From Nannocystales bacterium (lineage in GTDB: Bacteria > Myxococcota_A > Polyangia > Nannocystales > Nannocystaceae): 64,000 nucleotides of DNA. Position 1 is the first letter of the stretch; each line of letters opens with the position of its first letter. Below, piece by piece: positions 28,038 through 37,635 of the stretch. The stretch spans positions 8,521 to 72,520 of the forward strand of contig JBOEGF010000036.1 of assembly GCA_050633305.1 (NCBI GenBank), in the 5' to 3' direction. The position numbers and the translations under genes are program-made. The notes beneath the pieces were generated by a model. That model was not told the DNA's origin and searched no databases. It was given only the letters and a program-made list of their open reading frames with translations.

Positions 28038-28559
28038 CTATGGACCCGGTGGCCCCGCACGGACCACGGTGTCGAAGTACGGGTTGTCGTGACCGTTGAT
28101 TCGCAAGACCGATCGCAGCGGCACGTGCGTCGCAGGCTGACCGAGGTATTCGACGTCGACCATTCCTCCGGGCAGCAGCGTTGTCCGTGCCGCGGGCCAA
28201 AGGCCGAAGGTGACGTGTTCCACGATGGCCCCCTGCCGACCCACAGTCCTCGCGAGAGGTCCGTACAGCCGGGTCGTTTTGCGCAGGTCCTCCGCCGCGA
28301 GAAGTCCTGCTCGGGTTCGGCGCGCATCCACGGCGAAGAGCCACAGGGGCGCGCCCAACAGCGTGACCACAAACAGGCCGAGCGCGGCCTTGCCCGGTTG
28401 CGAGAAGTCGGTGGGCGTGGAGAGCAGGAATGCGGCCGTGGCAAGGTGGGTTGCGATGGCCAGGGCGATGCTGCGACGGACCGCGAGTCGTGTTCGCTCC
28501 GCCCGTGTTCGGATTCGCCGCAGGTCGTGGTCGCGCAGTGGCTGCTCGGTTTGCGGCAT
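28038..28559 (-). CDS. Membrane protein, function unknown
   Basis: ATG 28559 (MPQTEQP). Two hydrophobic helices (IALAIATHLATAAFLL, LGLFVVTLLGAPLWLFAV). Confidence 0.5.
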   Translation of the reverse strand: MPQTEQPLRDHDLRRIRTRAERTRLAVRRSIALAIATHLATAAFLLSTPTDFSQPGKAALGLFVVTLLGAPLWLFAVDARRTRAGLLAAEDLRKTTRLYGPLARTVGRQGAIVEHVTFGLWPAARTTLLPGGMVDVEYLGQPATHVPLRSVLRINGHDNPYFDTVVRAGPPGP

Positions 28560-28655
28560 CGGCCCGCGGTTAGAATAGGCCGTCTTGGCCCTGCGGGGAC
28601 ACGCTCCGACGCGGACGGCCGCGACAGGGCGGGAGCGGTGCTTTAGTCTGGGTCT

Positions 28656-29177
28656 GTGACCGAGGAGAAGACCGCGAGTCCGAGGTTCCGCGTGGGACGA
28701 CTCGACCATGTGCACATTCGTGTCCCTGACCGGGCCAAAGCGGCCGCGTGGTACGCCGAGCACCTCGGTTTCGAGCCCGTCGAACGCTTCGACTTCTGGG
28801 CCACTGGGTTCGAAGGGGGACCCCTGCAGATCACTGCGGATGGTGGCAAGACGATGCTTGCGCTGTTCGAGGCGTCGCAGCGGCACCCGATGATCAGCCA
28901 GGAGACGGGGGTCGCCTTCAGCGTCGACGCGGAGATGTTCATGGTGTTCACCCGCGCGCTGCCTGGGGGCATCCGCGGAGCGTCAGGCGAACCGCTGGCC
29001 CCCGATGAGGTCATCGACTTCGATCTTTGTTGGGCGTTCGACTTCGCCGACCCGTGGGGCAACCGCTATGAACTCAACTGCTACGACTACGACCGGATCG
29101 CGACCGAGTTGATCGCCGCGGACGGCATCAGCCCGGTCCGGTACTGGCCACGCGGGCTGTACGAAGCGCAGCGCTGA
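28656..29177 (+). CDS. VOC (glyoxalase/bleomycin-resistance/dioxygenase) family protein
   Basis: Has RLDHVHIRVPDRAKAAAWYAEHLGF and a C-terminal DPWGNRYEL. Confidence 0.8.
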   Translation: MTEEKTASPRFRVGRLDHVHIRVPDRAKAAAWYAEHLGFEPVERFDFWATGFEGGPLQITADGGKTMLALFEASQRHPMISQETGVAFSVDAEMFMVFTRALPGGIRGASGEPLAPDEVIDFDLCWAFDFADPWGNRYELNCYDYDRIATELIAADGISPVRYWPRGLYEAQR

Positions 29178-29198
29178 CTCGGCTGCTCTGTGGGGTCG

Positions 29199-29909
29199 CT
29201 ACCGTGTGTGGGGGAGGCGGTCCTGTTGGAGTCTCCACATGATCTTGGCCATCCGTTTCGGCGGAGGGCCGTCGGTGATGATCAGCAGGCCCATGCGGCG
29301 TCCATCCTTGCGCCGGACTTCACACTGCAACAGCAGTTCGAGCGAGCCCAAGGCGATACGCAACGAGAGGTGGGCGCCGACGGAGACCCGTTGGGCACGC
29401 AAGGCGTCCAACTCGACGAGGATTCCCGTGAGGCTGATGTCGATGGGGACGACGTTTCCGCGGACGCCATCGCCCTGGACGACCGCAGCGACGAGCGTGT
29501 CGGGTGGCACGGGAACCCGAACCGCAGAGCGTCGGGTCGCTGCGGTGAGTTGCTCGGGAAGCGCGAGGGTCGCGAGCGTCTCCCCTTCGGGTGTCTTGTC
29601 GACTCCGATGACTTCCGAGGCGAACCCCTTCGTTCCACCGCCTGAGGGAAACGTCACCGCCGCGCTGCTTCCAAGCAGCGTGCCATCGGGTGGGTTCGGG
29701 AGCTCGACGACCACGCCGTCGCTGGAGGCCGAACGAAAACGACCGGTACACGACAGGGACATGTGGGCTGCCATCAACGCGACGGGTGTCTTCGAGAGGC
29801 AGGCGACCTGCAGGACGGGTAACACCACGGACCGGAGGGCGTCGTCGGGCCCAGGGGTCGCGGCGGGGGAGGGGGCGTCCTTCTCGGGTGTGCCTTCTTC
29901 GGCGCTCAT
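29199..29909 (-). CDS. PilZ domain protein
   Basis: RRSAVRVPV (RxxxR) plus PIDISLTGILV (D/NxSxxG). ATG 29909 lies inside listed ORF 29199..30086. Confidence 0.6.
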   Translation of the reverse strand: MSAEEGTPEKDAPSPAATPGPDDALRSVVLPVLQVACLSKTPVALMAAHMSLSCTGRFRSASSDGVVVELPNPPDGTLLGSSAAVTFPSGGGTKGFASEVIGVDKTPEGETLATLALPEQLTAATRRSAVRVPVPPDTLVAAVVQGDGVRGNVVPIDISLTGILVELDALRAQRVSVGAHLSLRIALGSLELLLQCEVRRKDGRRMGLLIITDGPPPKRMAKIMWRLQQDRLPHTR

Positions 29910-30084
29910 ACGCTTGGGTGCTCCAGCGTATCGCGAACGCGGGGGCCCTGCGTTGACGTTCTCTTTCCAACGTCCGGACCCGGAGCGGAACCGCACCATG
30001 CGGCCCAGATCTCGAGCGGGATGGGACCGGATGCAGCTCCTGCACAAAGCGCCCCATCTCCGGTCCATGTCGCTAAGGTCAGGC

Positions 30085-30717
30085 ATGGCTTCGCCCCTGC
30101 GATCCCCAACGGTTGTGTTGAGAACGCCCTTTCACCTTGCCGTGTCGCTCTTGGCGTGCGCATGCGCCACAGCCAAGCCCGCCGCGCCCCCTCGGCACGT
30201 CGCCCACGGTCACGCCATCGCCACGATCGAGCGGGACGAAGGGGAGCCGGAGATGATGCTCGAGCGCGTTGAGGACGAAGACACACACTGGGTCGAGCTG
30301 CCGCACTTCGGCGAGTGCCCCTACGAGGACGGTGAGGTCCCGCCGTACACGCCCGTCGACGACTCGGACATCCCCAGTCTGGATGCCAAACGCACCCGCC
30401 TGACCAACATGGACGCTGGAGAGGCCACCATCCACAACGAGGCGCTGCTCCAGCATCTCGATCGCGCCACCGCGGAGGTGCTGGCATGTGTGAGCGTGTC
30501 CGCGTGTTACGACGACCGGGCGCTGGAGCCGGGCTCGATCGAGCTGAGCTTCGAGGTGGCACCGGATGGTCAGGTGCGGGGCGTGAATGTCGAGCCCACC
30601 GCTGGGTTGGATCACACGGGGATCCGTCCTTGCGCGCGTCGAGCGATCTGGGACACGACGTTCCCGGCGTTCGACGGCGCGGACATGGTGGTCAGCTACA
30701 GCCTCGATATCGACTGA
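30085..30717 (+). CDS. Secreted/lipoprotein with a TonB-C / AgmX-PglI-like C-terminal domain (tentative)
   Basis: The signal and lipobox are LAVSLLACACA. The C-terminal beta-rich segment is SIELSFEVAPDGQVRGVNVEP...C. Confidence 0.5.
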   Translation: MASPLRSPTVVLRTPFHLAVSLLACACATAKPAAPPRHVAHGHAIATIERDEGEPEMMLERVEDEDTHWVELPHFGECPYEDGEVPPYTPVDDSDIPSLDAKRTRLTNMDAGEATIHNEALLQHLDRATAEVLACVSVSACYDDRALEPGSIELSFEVAPDGQVRGVNVEPTAGLDHTGIRPCARRAIWDTTFPAFDGADMVVSYSLDID

Positions 30718-30842
30718 GGACCTCCAAAGCGCTGTTCTTGGGGGTCCTCGGCCCCTTGGCGCTCGCCCTTGGCCAATCGTCTCTCGTCGACGACACTGTC
30801 GGCGCGTCCAGGGTCCAGGCGACCCAGAGCGCCCAAGAAGTC

Positions 30843-32603
30843 ATGCAGCACTACACCGCGCCCATCGACGACATGATGTTTCAGCTCGCCGCCTTCGGTT
30901 ACGAAGCCGTGGCGAAACTCGACCGGTTCGAGGCTTTCGATTTCGAGACCGCTCGGATGTTCCTCGAGCAGACAGGCACGCTCGCCTCAGAGATTCTGCT
31001 TCCCTCGAACCGAACCGGGGACACAGAAGGGACCAAATGGGATCCCAAGACCGGGGCGGTGACGATCGCGAGCGGATACGAAGCGGGACACCAGGCCCTG
31101 GCCGAGAACGGCTTCTACGGCCTGACCGCGGACGTCGAGCATGGTGGCGGTGGCGCACCGATCTCGTTGGGGACGCTGGCCAAGGAGATGCTGATGTCGG
31201 GGAACAAGTCCCTGTCGATGTGCCCGGGCCTGACCAACGGTCTCATCGAGGCGCTCGAGGCGTTCGGCTCGGACGAGCAAAAAGAGATGTATCTCCCCAA
31301 GCTCGCCGCGGGCGAGTGGACCGGGACGATGTGTCTGACCGAGGCGCACAGCGGGACGGACCTCGGTCTGTTGGGCACCAAGGCCGAAGCGTTCGAGGAT
31401 CACTTCAAGCTGTCCGGGTCGAAGATCTGGATCACCTGGGGCGAGCACGAGCTCTCCGAGAACATCATCCACCTGGTGCTCGCCCGTCTGCCCGGCGCCC
31501 CTGCGGGCATCAAGGGCATCAGCACCTTCATCGTGCCGAAGTTCCTGGCCGACGGGAGTCGCAACGGCATCTCGTGCGCCGGTCTCGAGCACAAGATGGG
31601 CATCCACGGCTCCCCTACCTGCGTCATGGCGCTGGAGGAGGCCGAGGGCTGGTTGGTCGGTGAGCCCCACAAGGGCATGCGCACGATGTTCATCATGATG
31701 AACGCCGCTCGCCTCTTCACCGGGGTCGAGGGCATCTCGCTGGGCGAGATCGCGTACCAAGCCGCACTCGACTTCGCCAAGGAGCGCCGTCAGAGCCGTG
31801 CCATGGCGATGGGCAAGCGCGAGGCGGGTCAGGCCGCCGACACCATCCTCGTGCACCCTGACGTGCGCCGGATGCTGCTGGACGTCAAGTCCACCACCGA
31901 GGCCCTGCGAGGCCTGTCGGTGTTCATCTCCGCCAACATCGACATCTCCACCGACCACCCCGACGAAGCCACCCGTCAAGAGTCGGACGACCTGGTCGCG
32001 CTCATGATTCCGATCATGAAGGCGTACGGCACCGAGCGCGGCTTCAAGAACGTGTCCGACTGCATGCAGGTGTGTGGCGGCATGGGCTACACGGTCGACG
32101 GCGAGATCGAGCAGTACCTCCGAGACCTTCGCATCGCGATGATCTACGAGGGCACCAACCACATCCAAGCGCTGGACTTGGTTGGGCGCAAACTCGGCCT
32201 GAGCAATGGCCGGCTGTACCAGGTGTTTGGCAAGCGGGTCCGCGCGGCCATCGACACCGCCAAGGCCAACGAGGCCACCGCGCCCTTCGCGACCAAGCTC
32301 GGGGAGACGCTGTCGGCCCTGGATGCGGCCACGATGGCACTGGGCAAGCGGGCCTCTGACGACCCGGAGGTCATGGGGGCGTCGGCCTCGACCTACCTCA
32401 GCGCATTTGGCCTGGTGGTCTGCGGGTTCTCGCTGCTCACGCAGGCCAACCACGCCGTGACCGCAAAGACCGACAACCAGCGGTCCAAGCTCGGGGTCAC
32501 GCGTCACTTCTTCGACCGGGTACTCCCCGAGATCGAGGGACACTTCGCACTGCTGGGTGCGAACCACGAGTCGATCACCCAGTTCGACGACGCGGATTTC
32601 TAG
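30843..32603 (+). CDS. Acyl-CoA dehydrogenase (long, FadE-like)
   Basis: Has GTMCLTEAHSGTDLG, KIWITWGEH, GIHGSPTC and YEGTNHIQALDLVGRK, which are classic ACAD motifs. Confidence 0.85.
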   Translation: MQHYTAPIDDMMFQLAAFGYEAVAKLDRFEAFDFETARMFLEQTGTLASEILLPSNRTGDTEGTKWDPKTGAVTIASGYEAGHQALAENGFYGLTADVEHGGGGAPISLGTLAKEMLMSGNKSLSMCPGLTNGLIEALEAFGSDEQKEMYLPKLAAGEWTGTMCLTEAHSGTDLGLLGTKAEAFEDHFKLSGSKIWITWGEHELSENIIHLVLARLPGAPAGIKGISTFIVPKFLADGSRNGISCAGLEHKMGIHGSPTCVMALEEAEGWLVGEPHKGMRTMFIMMNAARLFTGVEGISLGEIAYQAALDFAKERRQSRAMAMGKREAGQAADTILVHPDVRRMLLDVKSTTEALRGLSVFISANIDISTDHPDEATRQESDDLVALMIPIMKAYGTERGFKNVSDCMQVCGGMGYTVDGEIEQYLRDLRIAMIYEGTNHIQALDLVGRKLGLSNGRLYQVFGKRVRAAIDTAKANEATAPFATKLGETLSALDAATMALGKRASDDPEVMGASASTYLSAFGLVVCGFSLLTQANHAVTAKTDNQRSKLGVTRHFFDRVLPEIEGHFALLGANHESITQFDDADF

Positions 32604-32668
32604 AACGCCGCTGAGGCCAGGCTCCCTCTGTCACCGATCGACGAGGGGGCCAGGCCGACGACGAGCTG

Positions 32669-33556
32669 CTAAAAGAACTCGTCGCGTCGGGCTTGGAGTT
32701 CGCGAGCTTTCTGTTGCTCCACCCGGTTCTCGGCGGCGATTCTTGGAATCGCATCTGCATCGGCTTTGAGAACCTCGTCGAGCAGTCGGTCAAACGTCGC
32801 TTCGTCCTGGGTCTTCACCGCGAGCTCGGCTGCCCACAGGACTCTCGTGGAAAGGACATCAGGCGAGATCTCGAGCGCCGCCTCGAAATGCTCGCGCGAT
32901 TTGTCGAGGTCGCCCCCGGCAATCGCGGGCGCGACTGCGTAGAACACTCCGAAGTAGGTGTGCGGTGCGCCTCCCAGGAATGTGGGGTCGAGCGTCAGGA
33001 CTCGCTCCATCGTGACCTTGATGTTGTCTTTGTGCCGCAGCATCACCGCGAACCCCTGCTTCTTGGCCCACTTCCCCAGTGCGGTCGCGTACCAGAACAT
33101 CGCGGGGACGCCCTGTTCCCCGACTTGCGCGACCGCATCGGGGTACTTCGCGTCCGCTGCCATTGCCGCCGCGAACTCTGGCGATGACGCCACCATGGCT
33201 TGCTCGCCCCAGTGCAGCCCAGCTTCGAGGGCGTCGAGGTATGCGTCCTCGTCGTGGCGAAGGTACCCGTCGGCGAGGAAGTAGTACGCGTGGGTCAGCT
33301 TCACCAGCACCTCGGCATGGCTGGGTTCGGTCGCGACCACACCCTCCCAATGGGCGATGGCCTCCCGGACGTTCTGGGGGTCGGTTCGTTCTGCCCAACG
33401 CGCATCGCCAAGCGCCACCGGATCCACCGGGTTGGCTTCGGGCTCGGCGGGCTGCGTGACCGGCTCGGGCGGGGACTCGATACGCCATTCCGGCTGACGA
33501 CCCGCACATGCGACGAGGGCAAGGCTCAAGACGAGGAGGGGGAAGGCGCGTGTCAT
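32669..33556 (-). CDS. TRAP-transporter TatT-component-family lipoprotein (TPR-like)
   Basis: The lipobox is LALVACAG. Has FLGGAPHTYFGVFYAVAPAIAGGDLDKSREHFEAAL. Confidence 0.65.
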   Translation of the reverse strand: MTRAFPLLVLSLALVACAGRQPEWRIESPPEPVTQPAEPEANPVDPVALGDARWAERTDPQNVREAIAHWEGVVATEPSHAEVLVKLTHAYYFLADGYLRHDEDAYLDALEAGLHWGEQAMVASSPEFAAAMAADAKYPDAVAQVGEQGVPAMFWYATALGKWAKKQGFAVMLRHKDNIKVTMERVLTLDPTFLGGAPHTYFGVFYAVAPAIAGGDLDKSREHFEAALEISPDVLSTRVLWAAELAVKTQDEATFDRLLDEVLKADADAIPRIAAENRVEQQKARELQARRDEFF

Positions 33557-33619
33557 CGAAACTCCTGACTCGATGCTATCGGTTGCGTGCGTCCTGCGCG
33601 GGTCTAAACTGGGAGAGCC

Positions 33620-33910
33620 ATGCGACCGTTTCGGATCTCGCTCGGAGCCGCCGTTGGCCTCGTGCTCGCGCTCCTTGCGACCGGGTGCGGTGCGCAAGAC
33701 TGCGGGTGCGGTGCGAGCCCCGACGACGCGTTCGCCGAACATGACTTGTCGTACCCCGGCGAGCACGACCTTACCAACGAGTGCGCCTGCCGATGCGCGG
33801 ACGGTCCCGTGCAGCCAATCCCCCTGGATGACGAAGGGGGCTGTGAGTACGCGGGCGCCGAGTGTATCGATGACGAGGGGTACCCCGCCGAACTCGTGTG
33901 CTCGGGCTAG
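33620..33910 (+). CDS. Small Cys-rich lipoprotein
   Basis: The lipobox is LALLATGCGA. The mature part has 8 further Cys residues. Confidence 0.55.
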   Translation: MRPFRISLGAAVGLVLALLATGCGAQDCGCGASPDDAFAEHDLSYPGEHDLTNECACRCADGPVQPIPLDDEGGCEYAGAECIDDEGYPAELVCSG

Positions 33911-33993
33911 GGGCCGCCCGCGCTGGTACCGGGTTCCCTCGGTCGCATCTCGGGCGCGTAGGAGCGCGCCCAGGGGTGAGGTAGCCTTTCGGG

Positions 33994-34791
33994 ATGAGCG
34001 ACGAGCCGCCGATGGATCTCGATGTGGCGGCCTGCTTGGCGGATGCGTACGGCGTGAAGCCGCCCCGTGTTCTTGTCGACCTCGCCCAGACCGCGTTCGT
34101 TCACGCGACCCGGGAGGGCTTTGTCAACGACACCGACTACCTGTCGTACGGTGGCCTTGGGTTCGACCTCGCTGGCTTCGCACAGCGTCCCGTTTGGCCG
34201 GATTGCGAGCCGCATAGCTACCCATGTACGCCGCCCGAGTTGTTCGTCTTCGGCTCGCCTGGGGTCGATGGCATTCACTACGGCTTCCTCGTCTACGCCG
34301 CCGAGTTGCAACCGTATCCGTTCGCCGCGCTCAACCCGATGAGCACCCGGAGTGGGGTCCGAGCATTGGGGGCAACGGACGATGAGAGGGGGGCGTTGCT
34401 GGGCCCGGGTCGGTCCGGAGCGGCCGTGTTCGATCCCGCTTGGCCTGCGGTCGAGCCCGTCGTCCCCGAGGGGTGGCGGTACGTGACGACGAGCGATGGT
34501 GTCGGGGTCTTGGCGCCGAAGGAGGCGTTTGGTGACCGACCCATGGTGGATGTTGGATACTACGCAGCTCTTGCCCCGGTGGAGCGCGCAGCGACCCGCG
34601 CACTCATGCAAGGCCACCCGGCAACGAGCCTGAGGGTGCTCCGGGAGTTCTTCGCGAACAACCATCAGGGGGATGCGGTCTCAGCCCGGGCGGTGCTGCG
34701 TCTCATGGCCCAGGCCTACCGCGCACTCGATCGCCCACTGCTCGCCGACGTGGCGCTTGGGCATGCACAGCGGCATTGGCCAAAAGGGTGA
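33994..34791 (+). CDS. Hypothetical protein
   Basis: ORF with coding-like composition. No motif recognised. Confidence 0.55.
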   Translation: MSDEPPMDLDVAACLADAYGVKPPRVLVDLAQTAFVHATREGFVNDTDYLSYGGLGFDLAGFAQRPVWPDCEPHSYPCTPPELFVFGSPGVDGIHYGFLVYAAELQPYPFAALNPMSTRSGVRALGATDDERGALLGPGRSGAAVFDPAWPAVEPVVPEGWRYVTTSDGVGVLAPKEAFGDRPMVDVGYYAALAPVERAATRALMQGHPATSLRVLREFFANNHQGDAVSARAVLRLMAQAYRALDRPLLADVALGHAQRHWPKG

Positions 34792-34806
34792 GAGCCTCAC
34801 ATCGCC

Positions 34807-35382
34807 TCACCAAAACAGGCTCAGCACGAGGGAGCTCGCCATGCCGTACATCGCGAGAAGGCCCAGCGTCATGAACAGCCCGCGCGTGCCATCGTGGCCT
34901 CGTAGATAGCTATACGTGTAGCCCAATCGAGCGACGGCAAAACCGATGATCCAAGCTTGGGCTGCTGCGGGCGTTGGCGAGGCGAGCGAGAAGACGACCG
35001 CCAGCAACCCGAAGTGGACCGTGTTCTCCGTGGTGTTGCGGTGTGCGTTGTGGTGCCGCTCGAGTTCTCGGACGCCTTCCCGCGGAGCATCGTCGGGGCT
35101 CGTGCCGGCCTCGGCCCACTCCTCCGGGGTCGCGTGCATCTTGAATCGCCCCCGCGTCAGTTCGGTCGCCGTCATCAGCCACGTGTGGTTGAGTGCAAGC
35201 AGACCGGCTGCGATAGCGAGCGCGCGCATCGCCTCGACGGAGGGCAACCCGACCACGTTGGGCTTCACACCAAACGCAAAGACGTTCAACGCCACGCTGA
35301 CGAGGAGCACGACGACGGGATAGAGGGTCACGATCGTCACGGCGCGACGTCGGCGTTTCGTTTCGTCGATGCTGGACTTCAT
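34807..35382 (-). CDS. MAPEG family membrane protein
   Basis: Has HHNAHRNTTENTVHF between hydrophobic helices. The ATG is at 35382. Confidence 0.65.
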   Translation of the reverse strand: MKSSIDETKRRRRAVTIVTLYPVVVLLVSVALNVFAFGVKPNVVGLPSVEAMRALAIAAGLLALNHTWLMTATELTRGRFKMHATPEEWAEAGTSPDDAPREGVRELERHHNAHRNTTENTVHFGLLAVVFSLASPTPAAAQAWIIGFAVARLGYTYSYLRGHDGTRGLFMTLGLLAMYGMASSLVLSLFW

Positions 35383-35520
35383 GCTCTGGAATCGCCCCTC
35401 CGGTCGCACGGGCGACCCTCAGAGCCTCCCCTCAAGCTAGGCCATCGCGGCCCGCGGCGCGCGGAGCGAATCTGGACCGCAGGGGTGCAAATTTGATCCT
35501 CAGGAGTGAAGGCCGGTTGC

Positions 35521-36129
35521 TCAGCGCGAAGGGGCCACCATGGGGCTCAATGCGACCCGGGCCTGCTGCCGAACACTCTCGGGGTCGAGGCCGAGCCCCA
35601 TCTGCACGAGTACCGCGGCGAGCTGGGTATCGACACATCGCGCCGCAAGCTCCGCTGAGTGTTCGGGGTTGGCCTCGCCACGCTCGAGGCCACTGCGATA
35701 CCAGCGCGCGAACGCGTCGAGTTGCTCCTGCTCGAGCTGACGAACCCTGTCCGCCGCCAGGGGCCCAAGCTTCGAGCGGTCGATTCTCATTCGCGTGAAC
35801 AGACAACCGGATGGCGTTCCTCGGTCCGACGTCAATGCCACGATCGCTCCGTCGAGCGTCGCCGCAAAAGGTCGTTCGACGAACAGCGCCTGGAGCATCG
35901 GGACGACCACGACTTCACGGTAGGCATCGAGGGCGGCGGCTTGAAGACCGTCCTCGCCCCCAAACTCGCGGTACAGGGCGGGCTTGGAGATCCCCGCGAG
36001 ACGGCACATCTCGTTGAGCGAGACCGAGGACAAGCCCCGCCGCCAGTACTGGTCCATCGCGACCTCGACGGCGGCGCCCCGGTTGACGGAGCGCGGCCGC
36101 CCTCGCGCTCGCTTTTCACCAGTCGCCAT
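35521..36129 (-). CDS. TetR family transcriptional regulator
   Basis: The HTH is GLSSVSLNEMCRLAGISKPALYREFGGEDGL. The ATG is at 36129 (MATGEKR). Confidence 0.85.
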   Translation of the reverse strand: MATGEKRARGRPRSVNRGAAVEVAMDQYWRRGLSSVSLNEMCRLAGISKPALYREFGGEDGLQAAALDAYREVVVVPMLQALFVERPFAATLDGAIVALTSDRGTPSGCLFTRMRIDRSKLGPLAADRVRQLEQEQLDAFARWYRSGLERGEANPEHSAELAARCVDTQLAAVLVQMGLGLDPESVRQQARVALSPMVAPSR

Positions 36130-36131
36130 GT

Positions 36132-36153
36132 TTTCGTACCTTACGGTACGAAA
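36132..36153. promoter_or_regulatory. Perfect palindrome TTTCGTACC-N4-GGTACGAAA; candidate TetR operator 1
   Basis: It lies directly upstream of the TetR start codon in the divergent intergenic region. Confidence 0.45.
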
Positions 36154-36186
36154 GACCTTGACACCATCCACTGCGTGCATCAAATG

Positions 36187-36210
36187 TTTTGGTACCGCTC
36201 GGTACGAAAA
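36187..36210. promoter_or_regulatory. Second near-palindrome TTTTGGTACC-N4-GGTACGAAAA; candidate TetR operator 2
   Basis: It shares the GGTACGAAA half-site with operator 1 and lies 21 nt upstream of the ATG of the divergent membrane-protein gene. Confidence 0.4.
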
Positions 36211-36230
36211 TCCGTGCGCAGGAGAACGAG

Positions 36231-36935
36231 ATGCTCGCAGGTCACTTCACGACAGCCATTCTGGCCCGACAGAGGGTCCCCTCAGGCCATATCGGGTTCT
36301 ACCTGGTCGCCTCTCAGCTGCCGGATCTCCTGTGGCTGGCCTTCCACTACTTGGGACTCGAGCCGACGGCCCCCGACAACTTCATGGTGATGACCCTCCA
36401 GACCCTGGATGCCAACATGACGTACAGCCACGACCTGCTCCCGCTGCCGGTCTGGGCGCTTGTGACGTTGCTGGCGGGTCGGGGCCTCTTTGGCTCGTGG
36501 AAGCCGGGCCAGGCCGGCGCCGTGTTGGTGGTGGTGCACGGCCTGGTCGACTTTCTCGGGGGGTTCGACCACCACGTATTCGGGCCGGACACACCGTCCG
36601 TGGCGACCGCTCTGTATGGAACTGCGCCGTACCTCGCGATCACGCTCGAGCTCGTCTTCGTCGTCGCCACCATGGCTTGGGTTGTGCGCACGGACGCGGC
36701 CAACGGGGTCCGTCGGGGTCGTCGGACCTGGGGCATGCGAGTTGCCGTGTTCGGAGGCGGTCTCGCGTTCATGTACTTGACGGCGACCCAGTCTGTCGCG
36801 GAGCTGTGGGGCGTGGATCCGAACCCGAACCTGTCGGGCACCGCGATGCCGACGCTGATCGGCACCTATTGGGGGCTCCTCCTCGCGCTGTGGTGGGGCG
36901 AGAGCCAAGACGGCACTCAGAGCTCGACCCTGTGA
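36231..36935 (+). CDS. Integral membrane protein (possibly YdjM-like membrane-bound hydrolase)
   Basis: ATG 36231 is preceded by GGAGAA. The protein is multi-helix and hydrophobic. The gene is divergent from the TetR gene. Confidence 0.55.
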   Translation: MLAGHFTTAILARQRVPSGHIGFYLVASQLPDLLWLAFHYLGLEPTAPDNFMVMTLQTLDANMTYSHDLLPLPVWALVTLLAGRGLFGSWKPGQAGAVLVVVHGLVDFLGGFDHHVFGPDTPSVATALYGTAPYLAITLELVFVVATMAWVVRTDAANGVRRGRRTWGMRVAVFGGGLAFMYLTATQSVAELWGVDPNPNLSGTAMPTLIGTYWGLLLALWWGESQDGTQSSTL

Positions 36936-36944
36936 CGACTCCCG

Positions 36945-37538
36945 TCACACTCCGCGAAGCTGCTTGCACCAGAGCAACTGCACCTCGTCCGGCAGTTCCG
37001 GGTAGGCACCGTGGTTTGCCGCCCTGAGCACGCTTCCCATGCGTTCGTAAAATCGACACGCGGGAACGTTGTTGTTCTGCGTCTCGACCTCGAGCTGGCG
37101 GAACCCCTTCATCGCTGCCCATCTCTCTGCGGCCCTGAACAGGGCGGAGCCCACACCCTGATGGCGAGCGTTGTCCGATACTCGCAGGTCCCAGAGGAGG
37201 GCGACGTCGTCCCGCCCCTCGGCCAGGTCCAGGCTGCCTGTGGGATCGACGGCGACGGCCGCCCCGCCGACTCGGTTGCCACCGATGGTCGCACCGAACA
37301 AGCCCCACGCCGACAGGTCGAAGCGCTCGGGCCAGCGAATCGGCCCACCGTCGAGAATGTCGTAGTCCTTTCGATACGAGGATGCCAGGCGACGGGCGGG
37401 CTCGATGAGCCTCGGTGTTCCGTTGGCTCCGCGACCCATGTCGAATACCTCATGGACCTCGAATGCGATCGAGACCTCTGCGTATTGTTCGAGCATTCCG
37501 CGGGGCTCACTCGTCACCTCGATGGGGCCTGCGGGCAT
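36945..37538 (-). CDS. GNAT family N-acetyltransferase
   Basis: Has RHQGVGSALFRAAERWA (motif A) and NNVPACRFYERMG. Confidence 0.8.
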   Translation of the reverse strand: MPAGPIEVTSEPRGMLEQYAEVSIAFEVHEVFDMGRGANGTPRLIEPARRLASSYRKDYDILDGGPIRWPERFDLSAWGLFGATIGGNRVGGAAVAVDPTGSLDLAEGRDDVALLWDLRVSDNARHQGVGSALFRAAERWAAMKGFRQLEVETQNNNVPACRFYERMGSVLRAANHGAYPELPDEVQLLWCKQLRGV

Positions 37539-37635
37539 TTCGAGAGTATAGATTGAGCACGCAAAGCGAGGCGGGGGATGACGTGCAAGAGCACATGGCC
37601 GCTGAAGTGGTTGTTGCCCCGCCCAAGGGGTCGAT

